Assembly (NCBI GenBank): GCA_037445065.1
Contig: JBBILD010000005.1
Coordinates: 64,001 to 128,000, forward strand
Reading direction: 5' to 3'
Origin: Myxococcales bacterium
Lineage (GTDB): Bacteria; Desulfobacterota; Binatia; HRBIN30
DNA length: 64,000 bases
A program made the position numbers and the translations under genes. How positions within the stretch are numbered: position 1 is the stretch's first letter; the number at the start of each line of letters is the position of its first letter. Positions 37,500-46,520 of the stretch are shown piece after piece. Under the pieces are notes generated by a model that was given only the letters and a program-made list of their open reading frames with translations, was not told the DNA's origin and did no database searches.

Positions 37500-38778
37500 C
37501 CGCCGGCTTATACGAACTCGTCAAGTGGGTATCAACACCTAAAACCGTGCCTCCCCGGCCGTTGCACGCAAGCTCGGCAATTTGCACGCCTTTCTCCCGT
37601 CCACCCAGCACGGTTCGGAACCACGCTTCCAGCTCGGCTCCCGCCTCCTCCACAGAGGGCAGCCGCGCCGCAAAAAGGCACGCCGCGGCAACCAAGCGTT
37701 GGCGAAAGGCGCTGTCTGCGCAAGCGTTCACGAGGATCCGCGCTAAGGATTGCGCATCCCCATCTCTAAATACAGCTGCCGGCTCTGGCCAATCCAAAGC
37801 GGCGGCAACACTAGCCCCTAATACAGTGGGTTTGCCGAGAACCGTGTAGTTCACGAGCTTCACGGGGAAACCTGACCATGAACTGCGCGGACAAACCAGC
37901 ACGTCCGCACGGCGCAATGTCGCCATCACTTCCTGCCCTCCCGCCGCCCAAACCACCCGGGCTCGGCCGTCGCGGATCAGTGCTGCAAGAGCCTGAGGCA
38001 AGCGCCGATTCCAGGCTGCTTCATGAGTAACCAAAAGTAACGTGAGCGTGAGGGGCCCGTTCGCCGTACACTCGATCGCCTGGGCCAACACATCGAGGTC
38101 CTGGTACGCATCTAAATTGCCTGCATATGCAACCAAGTAACGCCTGCGGAAGCTTACCAGCCTCTCCGTGCCGCTCTCACGCGCAGCATCTCGCGGCGGG
38201 GGGCACAGCAACACAGGGAGGCGCTCGATCCCACAACTCCTCAGTTCTTCGAGTTGGGCTCGGCTGAGCACAATCACTGCGTCCGCTCGACTCGGAATTT
38301 CCCGGTCCAGCCAAGCCCCGAAGGCTCCCATCGTGCGACAGACCCATCCGGCACGGAAATACGCCGGCAACTCGTCGCGCAAAAGGTTGTGCGCGTGGTA
38401 GACCACCGGTATCCGCCTCGGATAGCGCGCTAGCCAAGCGATCAGCGGCCCTTCGTAATTATGCGCGTGAATCAGATCGAAACGATGCCGGCGCAACAAA
38501 GTGCGCAAGCGCACGCAAACGGCAAGATCCATCAGACCCTTCCACACAATCCAAGGCAAAACATGCCTCGCCCACAGCAACGACCTTCCCGCCTGGTGCA
38601 CGCGCACGTTTTCCCTCTGCAAGACTCGGCGTCCTCGTGCGCTGTAACAGACCACGTGGACCTCGCATCCTCGTCGCGCCAGAGCCTCGGCCAATTGACG
38701 GATCAACACTTGGGAGCCCCGCGGCGCCAGAAAAGGGCCGGGCGCCACCACGGCGATCCGCATGCCGCCCGCGCGCAT
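37468..38778 (-). CDS. GT4 glycosyltransferase
   Basis: MRIAVVAPGPFLAPRGSQV, IHAHNYEG, YAGNLDAYQ and GFPVKLVNY motifs. ATG 38778 has an AGGAG RBS. The last ~40 codons look non-conserved and overlap the wza promoter and start. Confidence 0.82.
   Translation of the reverse strand: MRAGGMRIAVVAPGPFLAPRGSQVLIRQLAEALARRGCEVHVVCYSARGRRVLQRENVRVHQAGRSLLWARHVLPWIVWKGLMDLAVCVRLRTLLRRHRFDLIHAHNYEGPLIAWLARYPRRIPVVYHAHNLLRDELPAYFRAGWVCRTMGAFGAWLDREIPSRADAVIVLSRAQLEELRSCGIERLPVLLCPPPRDAARESGTERLVSFRRRYLVAYAGNLDAYQDLDVLAQAIECTANGPLTLTLLLVTHEAAWNRRLPQALAALIRDGRARVVWAAGGQEVMATLRRADVLVCPRSSWSGFPVKLVNYTVLGKPTVLGASVAAALDWPEPAAVFRDGDAQSLARILVNACADSAFRQRLVAAACLFAARLPSVEEAGAELEAWFRTVLGGREKGVQIAELACNGRGGTVLGVDTHLTSSYKPADADREGETRA
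37507..37535 (-). promoter_or_regulatory. Putative sigma70 promoter of wza (probably leaderless transcript)
   Basis: Minus strand reads TTGATA-17 nt-TATAAG, ending 7 nt before ATG 37499. Confidence 0.55.
37577..37591 (-). promoter_or_regulatory. Putative sigma54 -24/-12 promoter upstream of wza
   Basis: Minus strand AGGCGTGCAAATTGC has exact GG-N10-GC spacing against the consensus TGGCACGNNNNTTGC. Confidence 0.55.
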
Positions 38779-38791
38779 TCGCTCCTGGTCC

Positions 38792-40456
38792 TCAGTCGAG
38801 GTATCCGAGATTGCGCAAACGTTGCTCGAGCTCAGCCTCCTCCAAAGCCGAATACGGGTGCAAAACGTTTTGCGAAAATTGTTCCTGAGGCACAACACAG
38901 CGGCTGGTGCTTACAACGCTGCACAACGTTTCTCCATCGAAAAGTTGTGCCACCGATGTGCCACAAAGGGAGAGAATGGTCGGTGCCATTTGCACCATAT
39001 CCGCCGTAATCACTTCTCCCGTGCGTTCGACCTGTGGACCGGCAAGCGCGAAGATCCCTTCACGACGATGGGTTCCGCTCAGGCCGCCGAGCTTGCCCCC
39101 TTGCCAGCGTGCTCGGTCAAGCTCACTCCAGAGCGGCCCGCGTACGCCGCCACTCGAAGCCAGACTGTAAGAATACCCTCCTGTGGTCTCTGCCAACTCG
39201 ATCAGGAGATCGGGAGCCAGTTCGAGGCAAGGCCCTTCGTACAGCTCCTCCCGGCGCCACACACGCGCAACTGCTGGCGTTTCTCCGCCAGGTGCCGGCA
39301 GCCTCAAGATTGCCTCCGCTACCTCATCACGCACCCGTTCGTAGTCACGCGGCGCCACTCGGCCCGCAGGATCTCTTCCAGCGAGGTTGACCCACAATGA
39401 CGGGCACGTACTCGACTCTTCCGAGAAAACCCAGGTGTTCTTGAAATCGATGCCAGAAAAGCGGCTCCTCGTCTCCAGCTCATTGGCAACTGCGTTCTGC
39501 CTCCAGCGGAAGAAAGGGGCCTGCCACCGCGGAGGAACCCACCTGAGAGCCCAGCGTTTCACTGGTGTGAGATCGAGCACTCGCCGCGCCGGGAGGAAGC
39601 GGAGCCATCCCTGTTCAGCAAGCCAGCGATTCGCGTGAAAAAGCCACCCGCTCGCTCCACCGAAACCATGGTCCGAAAGTAGCAACACATCGGCATCCGG
39701 CACCTCTCTCCACAGCGCCGCCAAGGCCAGATCGAGCCGCTCGAACACCTCCAACAGAACTGATCCGAACTCCGACGCCCCCTCCGGGTCGTACAAGGGA
39801 CTCTGCGGATCGAAGAAGTGCCAATAGTGGTGCGAGGCCGTATCCGATTCGCCGAACAACAGGAAGAAGCAGTCCCACCGCTCCCGTCGCAATAAGACCT
39901 GCGCGAGCCGGAGCTTTCGTTCAATACCTTGCAAAAGTTTCCGCCGCGCCATGCGGTACCACTCGCGGTTGACGACGAACTCTTGAAATTCCGCGAACGG
40001 AAACCCGCCAAGATCGCGAATCAGCGGGGCGGCCGAAGGCGGGTAGACGAAGGAATCATCAGTCTTCGTGGTTACCGGGGTATCAAAACCGCTCACCAAA
40101 ATCCCGTTCACTGGTTCCGGAGGGTAAGTGGCGGGAAGGCCCACAACGCAGATCCGTCGCCCCAACTCGCTCAAAATCTTCCACACGGTGGGGGCTTGCC
40201 GATAGGTGGCGTTCACAAAGCGAACCCGATAGGTCCCAGGCTCTCGCCGAGTAAAATCGAAGATCCCGTGGCGACCGGGATTGACGCCGGTCATGAAGGT
40301 CGTCCAACTCGGAAAGGTCACCGGCGGCCACGGGGCCCGCAACGGCCCGCTCAAACCCAAGCGGCGCAGGCGAGCCAAGGCCGGCAACCGACCTTGCTGC
40401 AACCAAGGTTCAAGGACGTTCCAGGACGCCCCGTCCCAACCAACCACCAACAGCAT
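38792..40456 (-). CDS. Alkaline phosphatase / type I phosphodiesterase family protein
   Basis: VVGWDGA, PPVTFPSWTTFMTGVNPGRHGIFDF, DTASH, LSDHG, GTHRREG and C-terminal RLRNLGYL motifs. Confidence 0.88.
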   Translation of the reverse strand: MLLVVGWDGASWNVLEPWLQQGRLPALARLRRLGLSGPLRAPWPPVTFPSWTTFMTGVNPGRHGIFDFTRREPGTYRVRFVNATYRQAPTVWKILSELGRRICVVGLPATYPPEPVNGILVSGFDTPVTTKTDDSFVYPPSAAPLIRDLGGFPFAEFQEFVVNREWYRMARRKLLQGIERKLRLAQVLLRRERWDCFFLLFGESDTASHHYWHFFDPQSPLYDPEGASEFGSVLLEVFERLDLALAALWREVPDADVLLLSDHGFGGASGWLFHANRWLAEQGWLRFLPARRVLDLTPVKRWALRWVPPRWQAPFFRWRQNAVANELETRSRFSGIDFKNTWVFSEESSTCPSLWVNLAGRDPAGRVAPRDYERVRDEVAEAILRLPAPGGETPAVARVWRREELYEGPCLELAPDLLIELAETTGGYSYSLASSGGVRGPLWSELDRARWQGGKLGGLSGTHRREGIFALAGPQVERTGEVITADMVQMAPTILSLCGTSVAQLFDGETLCSVVSTSRCVVPQEQFSQNVLHPYSALEEAELEQRLRNLGYLD

Positions 40457-40461
40457 GGCAG

Positions 40462-42243
40462 CTACTGCCCAGGCCCGCCGGCGGCGCCGCGGCTCAAGCT
40501 TACTCGAAACGCCTCCAACGCGGCCCGCAATTCGCCGACGCGCTCCGGTCGCTCGCGGGCTAGGTTCCGTCGTTCGAGCGGATCCTTCTCGAGGTCGTAA
40601 AGTTCTATCTCCTCGAGCCCGCGCGGGTTCCCGGGATTGGCCAAGATGAGCTTTTCGGCTCCGAGTCGCACCATGGCCAGTTGGTTTCCTTCGAGTTCCT
40701 CTTCCGCGAATACCATTCGCTCGGCTGGCGGCGCTTCCGCCAGTAAATTGAGCCCTGGCAACTCACGTGGCGGCTCGTATCCGAGAGCCCGCACTGCTGT
40801 GGGGAAAATGTCAATGGTCAGGGCCAGATCAGAGCGGAACCCCGGAGACAAAGCAGGCCCGCGCCAAATCAAAGGCACGTGAATTTGCTCTTCATACAGC
40901 GTCGTGCCATGCCACCATCCCCCGTGCTCGAAAAACTCCTCGCCGTGATCGGCGGTGAAGACAAACCACGTGTTGTCCAAGAGCCCGTGTGAGCGGAACT
41001 GGTCCAACAGCGCCCCAAAATGCTCGTCGAAGTAACGCACATCTTGCGCATACAACCGCCGCATTTCCTCTGCTTGATCCGCGTGCGGCCGTGGATTCGC
41101 AACCCGGGCGATTCCTCTCCCATTGTAGGGAATCTCGAAGTACGGATCGTGCGGGTCCATGTAGTGGACCAGCAAAAAGAACGGCTGGGGTGGTTTCGCG
41201 GACAGCCACCGGCTCACGGCCGCGGTGACCACCTCCGCGTCCTGGTAATAATGTCGAAAATAAATCCGATGTTTCCAGAATCGCTCGCGCAGTAAGCGCA
41301 AGATCTTGTACGACGCCAGACGGGTCGCCGAGTCGCTCGCTCCAAAGTAAAAGGAGGGAGCCAAGTAGTGATACTCGCCGAAGCCCTGGTCGAAGTTAAA
41401 AATGGGCGCCACGTTGATGTTGGTGACGAACGCTGCGGTCCAGTAACCGCGCCGCTGCAGAAACTCAGCAAGCGTATCCACCTGTTCGGGCAAAGGGTCC
41501 AACTTCCGTACCGCCCCATGCTCGCGCGGATACAGACCGGTCAAAATGGTCGCGATCGAGGGGCGGGTCCAGGACGATTGCGCGTAGGCGCGGCGAAAGA
41601 CCACACCTTCGCGCGCAAAGACATCGATGCGAGGGCTCGATTCAGCCGGCGCCCCATAAATCCCGAGCGCATCGGCACGCAACGTGTCGGCAACCACGAG
41701 AACCAGGTTCGGTCTTCCCGGCTCCGCCGTCGCCACCCGTGCCGGAACCGCAGCTAGGGGAGCGCGCACGCGTACACCGAACTCCACGACTGCCGCGCAA
41801 GCCACCCAAGCGACCGCCAGAACCAACAGCCGGCTTGCCCTCCCCCGCAACAACCGGCGTAATAGAAGCGCAAAGCACATCGCCAGGAGGAACGCGCCAA
41901 CCAACAGGCCTGCGTGAATTCCAAGACCGACCCCAGTCCATAACGGGAGCTGTTCTCCGAAGACTCGCTGCGCGAGATAATACCGCCCTACCAAAAAAAC
42001 GAGCAGTACCGCGGCCACTTGAGCCCCGAGCGCGGCCGCGTTTGCTGGCATCCGCCGCCAGATCCACGGCAGTCCCAAAAGGGACAACGCGGCACCGAGA
42101 CCACCGTAGCTCAAAAACGCAAAGCTCCAGATGCCGTACTCTTCCGGAGCAGCGGAGGTCGCTAACACGAGCCCGGCCTCGGCGAGTCCCACCAAGCTCC
42201 CGGCCCACAACCCTCCGAGAAGCAACGCGAAAAAACGAGTCAC
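40462..42243 (-). CDS. Membrane-anchored sulfatase-family protein
   Basis: About 5 N-terminal TMs followed by PNLVLVVADTLRAD, AQSSWTRPS (Ser-type), HYMDPHDPY, TADHGEE, HGTTLYEE and ELYDLEKDPLE. Confidence 0.88.
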   Translation of the reverse strand: MTRFFALLLGGLWAGSLVGLAEAGLVLATSAAPEEYGIWSFAFLSYGGLGAALSLLGLPWIWRRMPANAAALGAQVAAVLLVFLVGRYYLAQRVFGEQLPLWTGVGLGIHAGLLVGAFLLAMCFALLLRRLLRGRASRLLVLAVAWVACAAVVEFGVRVRAPLAAVPARVATAEPGRPNLVLVVADTLRADALGIYGAPAESSPRIDVFAREGVVFRRAYAQSSWTRPSIATILTGLYPREHGAVRKLDPLPEQVDTLAEFLQRRGYWTAAFVTNINVAPIFNFDQGFGEYHYLAPSFYFGASDSATRLASYKILRLLRERFWKHRIYFRHYYQDAEVVTAAVSRWLSAKPPQPFFLLVHYMDPHDPYFEIPYNGRGIARVANPRPHADQAEEMRRLYAQDVRYFDEHFGALLDQFRSHGLLDNTWFVFTADHGEEFFEHGGWWHGTTLYEEQIHVPLIWRGPALSPGFRSDLALTIDIFPTAVRALGYEPPRELPGLNLLAEAPPAERMVFAEEELEGNQLAMVRLGAEKLILANPGNPRGLEEIELYDLEKDPLERRNLARERPERVGELRAALEAFRVSLSRGAAGGPGQ

Positions 42244-42355
42244 AACGCCGGCGCCTCCACCTGCTCGCGCCGGCAACCTCCGATCGTGCGTTCACCCGGC
42301 GCCGCACACAACAGTGCCCCGCCTATCTGCGTCTCCCAATGCGAGGCCATCCCCT

Positions 42356-44347
42356 TCATTGACCCAACTGAACGATGCGAGCGTCCTCGCGTAAGAGTTT
42401 GCGCAGCGCTTGCCCGGTGCGGGCCGCTTCCTCCTGGGTATTGCCCGCATGCACCGTGACGCGCTGCACCTTCTTGTCGCTACCGAGGCTTGCGGTGCGG
42501 ACCCGAGCCTGAAAGCCACGCTGTCGGAGTGCCGCCGCGAGCTGATGTGCCCGCTGACCGTTCGGCGTTGAGAGAACCAGCAGCGCAAATCCATCTTCCG
42601 AGCGCAGGATCGGCAAGCCTTCCTTCAGATCTGGCAGGCGGAGCACTTGGCCCGGGCTGATCCAATCCACATCCACAATCTCCGGATTGGCGAGCTTGAT
42701 CAGATCCAGGACTGTGTAACTCGCCTGTCCGTACTTCGCGCGTGCAATCCCCGAAAGCGAATCGCCTTCTCGGATCACGAGACGCGTAAAACGCTCCCCG
42801 CCCCACACCCCTCCTGTTTCCTGTTCGCTCCCCACCACCCCGCCGGGTGCCGGACCCACCTCCGGCTGCGCAGCCCCAACCACCGGTGCCGACAACTGCT
42901 CGCGCGTGTGCTCGGCATCCTCCGCCCTGGCATCCGCCGTGCCCAGCGCTCGCTCCTCGAGCGCGCCGGCGGCTGCCGCAGATCTCTGCGCTTCCTTGCC
43001 AGCGTTGGACGGATTCTCAACCTGGGCCACCGCCAACGGGTTTTCTCGAGCTGCCGCGACGTTTTCGCGCGGCACGTTTACGCCGGCCACCTCAACGCCC
43101 AAGCTCGCCTCCACAGAATGGACCTCTTGCTGTTCCCCTGCGTGCTGTTCCCCAGCGCCGCTCTCGCGAGCTCCGCCGCTTGCGGCAGGCGGCACGTCCT
43201 CGAGCATCGCCAGGCGGGCCGGCTCAGCTCGGGGCGGGACAGCTCGTTCCACCGCTGTGCCGCCGGCCGGCACCTCCACAGGAGCCGGCACATCGCGCAC
43301 CGAGCCCGGCTTAATGACTTCACCCGGTGGGAGGGGCGAGTTCGGTGGCTCACTGAGCGGTTGATTTCCCGGCCGCAAAAGCGCAGCACCCAACCAAGTC
43401 CCTAGCGCAAGCGCGGTTACGATGCTCGCGCCCCACACCATGCGCCTCCACTTCCGTGGCTCAGCCGAGCCCTCGGCGACTTCCTCACCGCTTGCCGCAA
43501 CGGCCGGCGCTGCCGCCGATTGCTTCGATGCTTCCCCACCTTCCAGCGGCAACAAATCAGCCGCCGCTTCTTTGATGATGTCCGCGCCGATGCGGCGCTT
43601 CCCAAGAGCGTAGCCAATGACCAGGGCGTTGTCGCACACCACGTTGACCAGGCGCGGGATGCCGCGAGAGAAATGGTAGATCTGATCTTCGGCGTCCCGG
43701 GTAAAGAGTTTCAGGTCTGGAGCACCAGCGGCCTGCAAACGGAACTGAATGTATTCGCTCACCTCGTCCCGAGATAGCGGGAGCAAGCGGCAATTGATAC
43801 CGATGCGCTGACGCAGCTGTCTCAGTGCGGGGTTGCTGAGCTTCTGGCCCAATTCGGGCTGGCCAGAGAGAACGATCTGCAAAATTTTTTCTTTCGCCGT
43901 CTCGAGGTTCGATAGGAGGCGCAAATCCTCCAGGACGGAAATGTCCAGATCCTGAGCCTCGTCGATCAGAAGTGCCACGTTACGCCCGCGCGACAACTCC
44001 TCCAGCAAAAAGGCATTCAGGCGCTGCAGCATGTACAGCTTTTTGCCGCTGTGCACCGGCAGGTCGAACTCGGCGAAGATGTACTCGAGAATTTCCTCGA
44101 ACGTCACGTTCGTATTGAAGAGGAAGACCGTCCGCGTATTGGGGTCCAGGTCATCCAACAGGCGCTTCAGCAGAGTGGTTTTGCCGGTCCCAGCTTCGCC
44201 GATCAACGTGATAAAGCCCTTGCGCTGGGTGATGCCGTACTGCAGCGCGGCCACCGCCTCCCGATAACGCGCATTCAAATAAAGAAACTTCGGATCCGGA
44301 GTAACGTTAAATGGCCGCTCGCTCAGTTGATAAAATTCGCAGTACAT
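42356..44347 (-). CDS. ExeA-family AAA ATPase with TM, LysM and SPOR-like C-terminal domains
   Basis: MYCEFYQLSERPFNVTPDPKF, GEAGTGKTT, IDEAQ, GQPEL, SRGIPRLVN, a TM, a low-complexity linker, IREGDSLSGIA...NPEI...ISPGQVLRLP (LysM) and a SPOR-like tail. Confidence 0.9.
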   Translation of the reverse strand: MYCEFYQLSERPFNVTPDPKFLYLNARYREAVAALQYGITQRKGFITLIGEAGTGKTTLLKRLLDDLDPNTRTVFLFNTNVTFEEILEYIFAEFDLPVHSGKKLYMLQRLNAFLLEELSRGRNVALLIDEAQDLDISVLEDLRLLSNLETAKEKILQIVLSGQPELGQKLSNPALRQLRQRIGINCRLLPLSRDEVSEYIQFRLQAAGAPDLKLFTRDAEDQIYHFSRGIPRLVNVVCDNALVIGYALGKRRIGADIIKEAAADLLPLEGGEASKQSAAAPAVAASGEEVAEGSAEPRKWRRMVWGASIVTALALGTWLGAALLRPGNQPLSEPPNSPLPPGEVIKPGSVRDVPAPVEVPAGGTAVERAVPPRAEPARLAMLEDVPPAASGGARESGAGEQHAGEQQEVHSVEASLGVEVAGVNVPRENVAAARENPLAVAQVENPSNAGKEAQRSAAAAGALEERALGTADARAEDAEHTREQLSAPVVGAAQPEVGPAPGGVVGSEQETGGVWGGERFTRLVIREGDSLSGIARAKYGQASYTVLDLIKLANPEIVDVDWISPGQVLRLPDLKEGLPILRSEDGFALLVLSTPNGQRAHQLAAALRQRGFQARVRTASLGSDKKVQRVTVHAGNTQEEAARTGQALRKLLREDARIVQLGQ

Positions 44348-44401
44348 CGCTCGGCTTGCTCCTGTAGACCCTGTTGGTTTTTGGCCGAAGCTTCGCCTGA
44401 G

Positions 44402-44435
44402 CGCTCCAGGCTAAGCGATCTGGAGCGTTCGTCAA
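44402..44435 (-). promoter_or_regulatory. Putative sigma70 promoter of the ExeA gene overlapped by an 8-bp inverted repeat
   Basis: Minus strand TTGACG-16 nt-TAGCCT; inverted repeat CGCTCCAG (44402-44409) / CTGGAGCG (44420-44427). Confidence 0.45.
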
Positions 44436-44454
44436 GGTACGGCGCCGCCCCGTT

Positions 44455-45894
44455 TCACTTTTTCTCCCGGCCGCCCAGCCGAAAGGGCGCAGCCTCGATC
44501 CCGTGCGCGCGCAGCTTGCGGTGTAGCGTGGCCTGATCCACCCCTGCAAAACGCGCGGCTTGTACAATGTTGCCCTGGAATTGGCCGAGAACTGCCAGCA
44601 GATACTCTTTCTCCGCCTGTCGCAAATGCTCGCGCAGGGGCCCGTACGCCGCCCCGGACAGCGACACCTTACGAAGACCCGCTGACACACGGACACCAAC
44701 CTCGACTCGCTCGATCCTGCCCCCGCTCGCGATCAACACCGCCCGCTCGAGCACGTTCCACAACTCCCGCACATTGCCTGGCCAATCGTGCTGAAGCAAC
44801 TGCTGCATGGCCGACTCGGAAACGCTGGTCACCCCTTTCTCGCGCGCCAGTGGGTGGTTCTGCAGAAACTCGCTGACCAGCAAGGGAATGTCTTCACGCC
44901 GGTCGCGCAGCGGCGGCAGGTGCACCGGCACGACATGGATTCGATAATAGAAGTCTTGGCGCATCCGCCCCTCTGCAACCGCTTTGCCCAGATCTTCGTT
45001 GCTCGCAGCGACAACTCGCATGTCCACTGCGATACGCCGATTGCCTCCCAGCCGCTCGACCGTGCGTTCTTCCAGCACGCGCAGGAGCTTCGCTTGCATG
45101 GCCAAGGGAATGCTCTCCACCTCGTCAAGAAAAAGCGTGCCGCCGTTGGCCAGCTCGATTTTGCCAACCCGGTCCGCCGTGGCTCCGGTAAACGCCCCTT
45201 TTTCATACCCGAAGAGTTCGCTCTCGAGCAGGTTCTCCGGGATCGCCGCACAATTGATCGCCACAAACGGACCCTCTTTGCGGCGCCCCTGAAAATGCAG
45301 TGCGCGTGCCACCAATTCCTTCCCGGTGCCTGACTCACCGATCACCACAACGGTGGAGTCCGTTTCGGCCAGAGCCGCTACCAGGGCAAACACCTCCCGC
45401 ATCAAGGGATTCCGGCTCACCATGTTCGCGAACCGGGTCCGCTCACTGAGCCGATCGCGCAAGTACTGGATCTCGTCTATGAGCCGGCGCCGCTCCAACA
45501 CTCGCTGCGTGGCCAGCAAGATTTCCTCGCTCTCGAAGGGCTTGGTAATGTAGTCGGCAGCACCCTGCCTCATGGCCTCCACCGCCCCCCGGATGCTGCC
45601 ATGGCCAGTGACCATGATCACATCGATCGCTGGCCACCGCACACGGATTTCGTGCAGCAAGCTCGCCCCATCGCGGCCAGGCATCAGTAAATCGAGCAGC
45701 ACTAACGAGTAGGCACGCTGCGTCAGCGCGCTCAGCGCCTCTTCGGCATCCACCGCGGCGTCTACTGAGAACCCGTGAGCGGCATACAGCCGCGCCAATT
45801 GATGGCGAATCAGCGGGTCGTCGTCTACGACGAGCACCCGGACCGGCACACTCGGGGACTGCCTCAGCTCTGAATTGGAAGTTGAATGCGCCAC
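44455..45894 (-). CDS. Sigma54-dependent response regulator (NtrC family: REC-AAA+-Fis HTH)
   Basis: LVVDDD, LLDLLMP, GESGTGKE, ESELFGYEKGAFTGA, LFLDEV, WPGNVREL and HTH motifs. GTG at 45894 has a purine-rich RBS. Confidence 0.95.
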   Translation of the reverse strand: MAHSTSNSELRQSPSVPVRVLVVDDDPLIRHQLARLYAAHGFSVDAAVDAEEALSALTQRAYSLVLLDLLMPGRDGASLLHEIRVRWPAIDVIMVTGHGSIRGAVEAMRQGAADYITKPFESEEILLATQRVLERRRLIDEIQYLRDRLSERTRFANMVSRNPLMREVFALVAALAETDSTVVVIGESGTGKELVARALHFQGRRKEGPFVAINCAAIPENLLESELFGYEKGAFTGATADRVGKIELANGGTLFLDEVESIPLAMQAKLLRVLEERTVERLGGNRRIAVDMRVVAASNEDLGKAVAEGRMRQDFYYRIHVVPVHLPPLRDRREDIPLLVSEFLQNHPLAREKGVTSVSESAMQQLLQHDWPGNVRELWNVLERAVLIASGGRIERVEVGVRVSAGLRKVSLSGAAYGPLREHLRQAEKEYLLAVLGQFQGNIVQAARFAGVDQATLHRKLRAHGIEAAPFRLGGREKK

Positions 45895-46520
45895 ATCCGA
45901 TCCCTTCCCTGCGCGTGATCGCGAGTCAATTGCCCTCCTTGTCCCAGCAACGCCTTGCTGGCAACCGCCCACCATAGTTCCCATTCGGACAAGTGCGGTA
46001 CCCGCCAACAATCTGGGAGCGCCAGGGCGAGCCACAAGTGTCGCTGGTCCGCTGTGGCCTCCAGTGCGAGTTCCACGAGGCCCCCCAACGGAGTCGAGGA
46101 TTGATGAGTCAGCAACAAAACCCGGCACAACGCGCGCCAGGCAACGGAGAGGCGTTGGGGGTCTACTGTCACCGTCACCTCGGGGCAGCTCCGTGGGCGG
46201 CGACAATCCACGTTTGCCGGCAACGATCCGCGCAAGGCGGCGATGAAGCTTTGCAACACCTCCAGTGCCGCATAGGGCTCGCTATGGCCCTCGGGTAGGT
46301 CCCAGAAGTCGAACAAGGCACGCAGCGTGTCTTCCAACCGTGTCAGGGTTTCTGCGAGCTGTTGCCCACTCGTGGGTGCGCTGCGCTGGGCTTCCTCGGC
46401 TAAGGCGCGTAGTCGCTGCAACAAGTTACCGACCAGGTGCGAGGCACTGTCCGTCACCGTGCGGGCAAGGGCCGCGACTTCCGCCTCTACGGGGCCAGGC
46501 CGCTGCAAGGTTGGCGACAT
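45864..46520 (-). CDS. Degenerate histidine-kinase-like protein (HisKA + HATPase-like), no sensor domain
   Basis: ATG 46520 with a GAGGAGG RBS. SASHLVGNLLQRL resembles an H-box, VTVDPQRLSVAW sits at the N-box position without Asn, and AVASKALLGQGGQL resembles the post-G2 helix. Confidence 0.6.
   Translation of the reverse strand: MSPTLQRPGPVEAEVAALARTVTDSASHLVGNLLQRLRALAEEAQRSAPTSGQQLAETLTRLEDTLRALFDFWDLPEGHSEPYAALEVLQSFIAALRGSLPANVDCRRPRSCPEVTVTVDPQRLSVAWRALCRVLLLTHQSSTPLGGLVELALEATADQRHLWLALALPDCWRVPHLSEWELWWAVASKALLGQGGQLTRDHAQGRDRMWRIQLPIQS

Noticed and set aside
42800..43380. Ala/Pro/Glu-rich stretch as a repeat element
   Set aside because: It is a low-complexity linker within the ExeA-family CDS, with no discrete nucleotide repeat unit.
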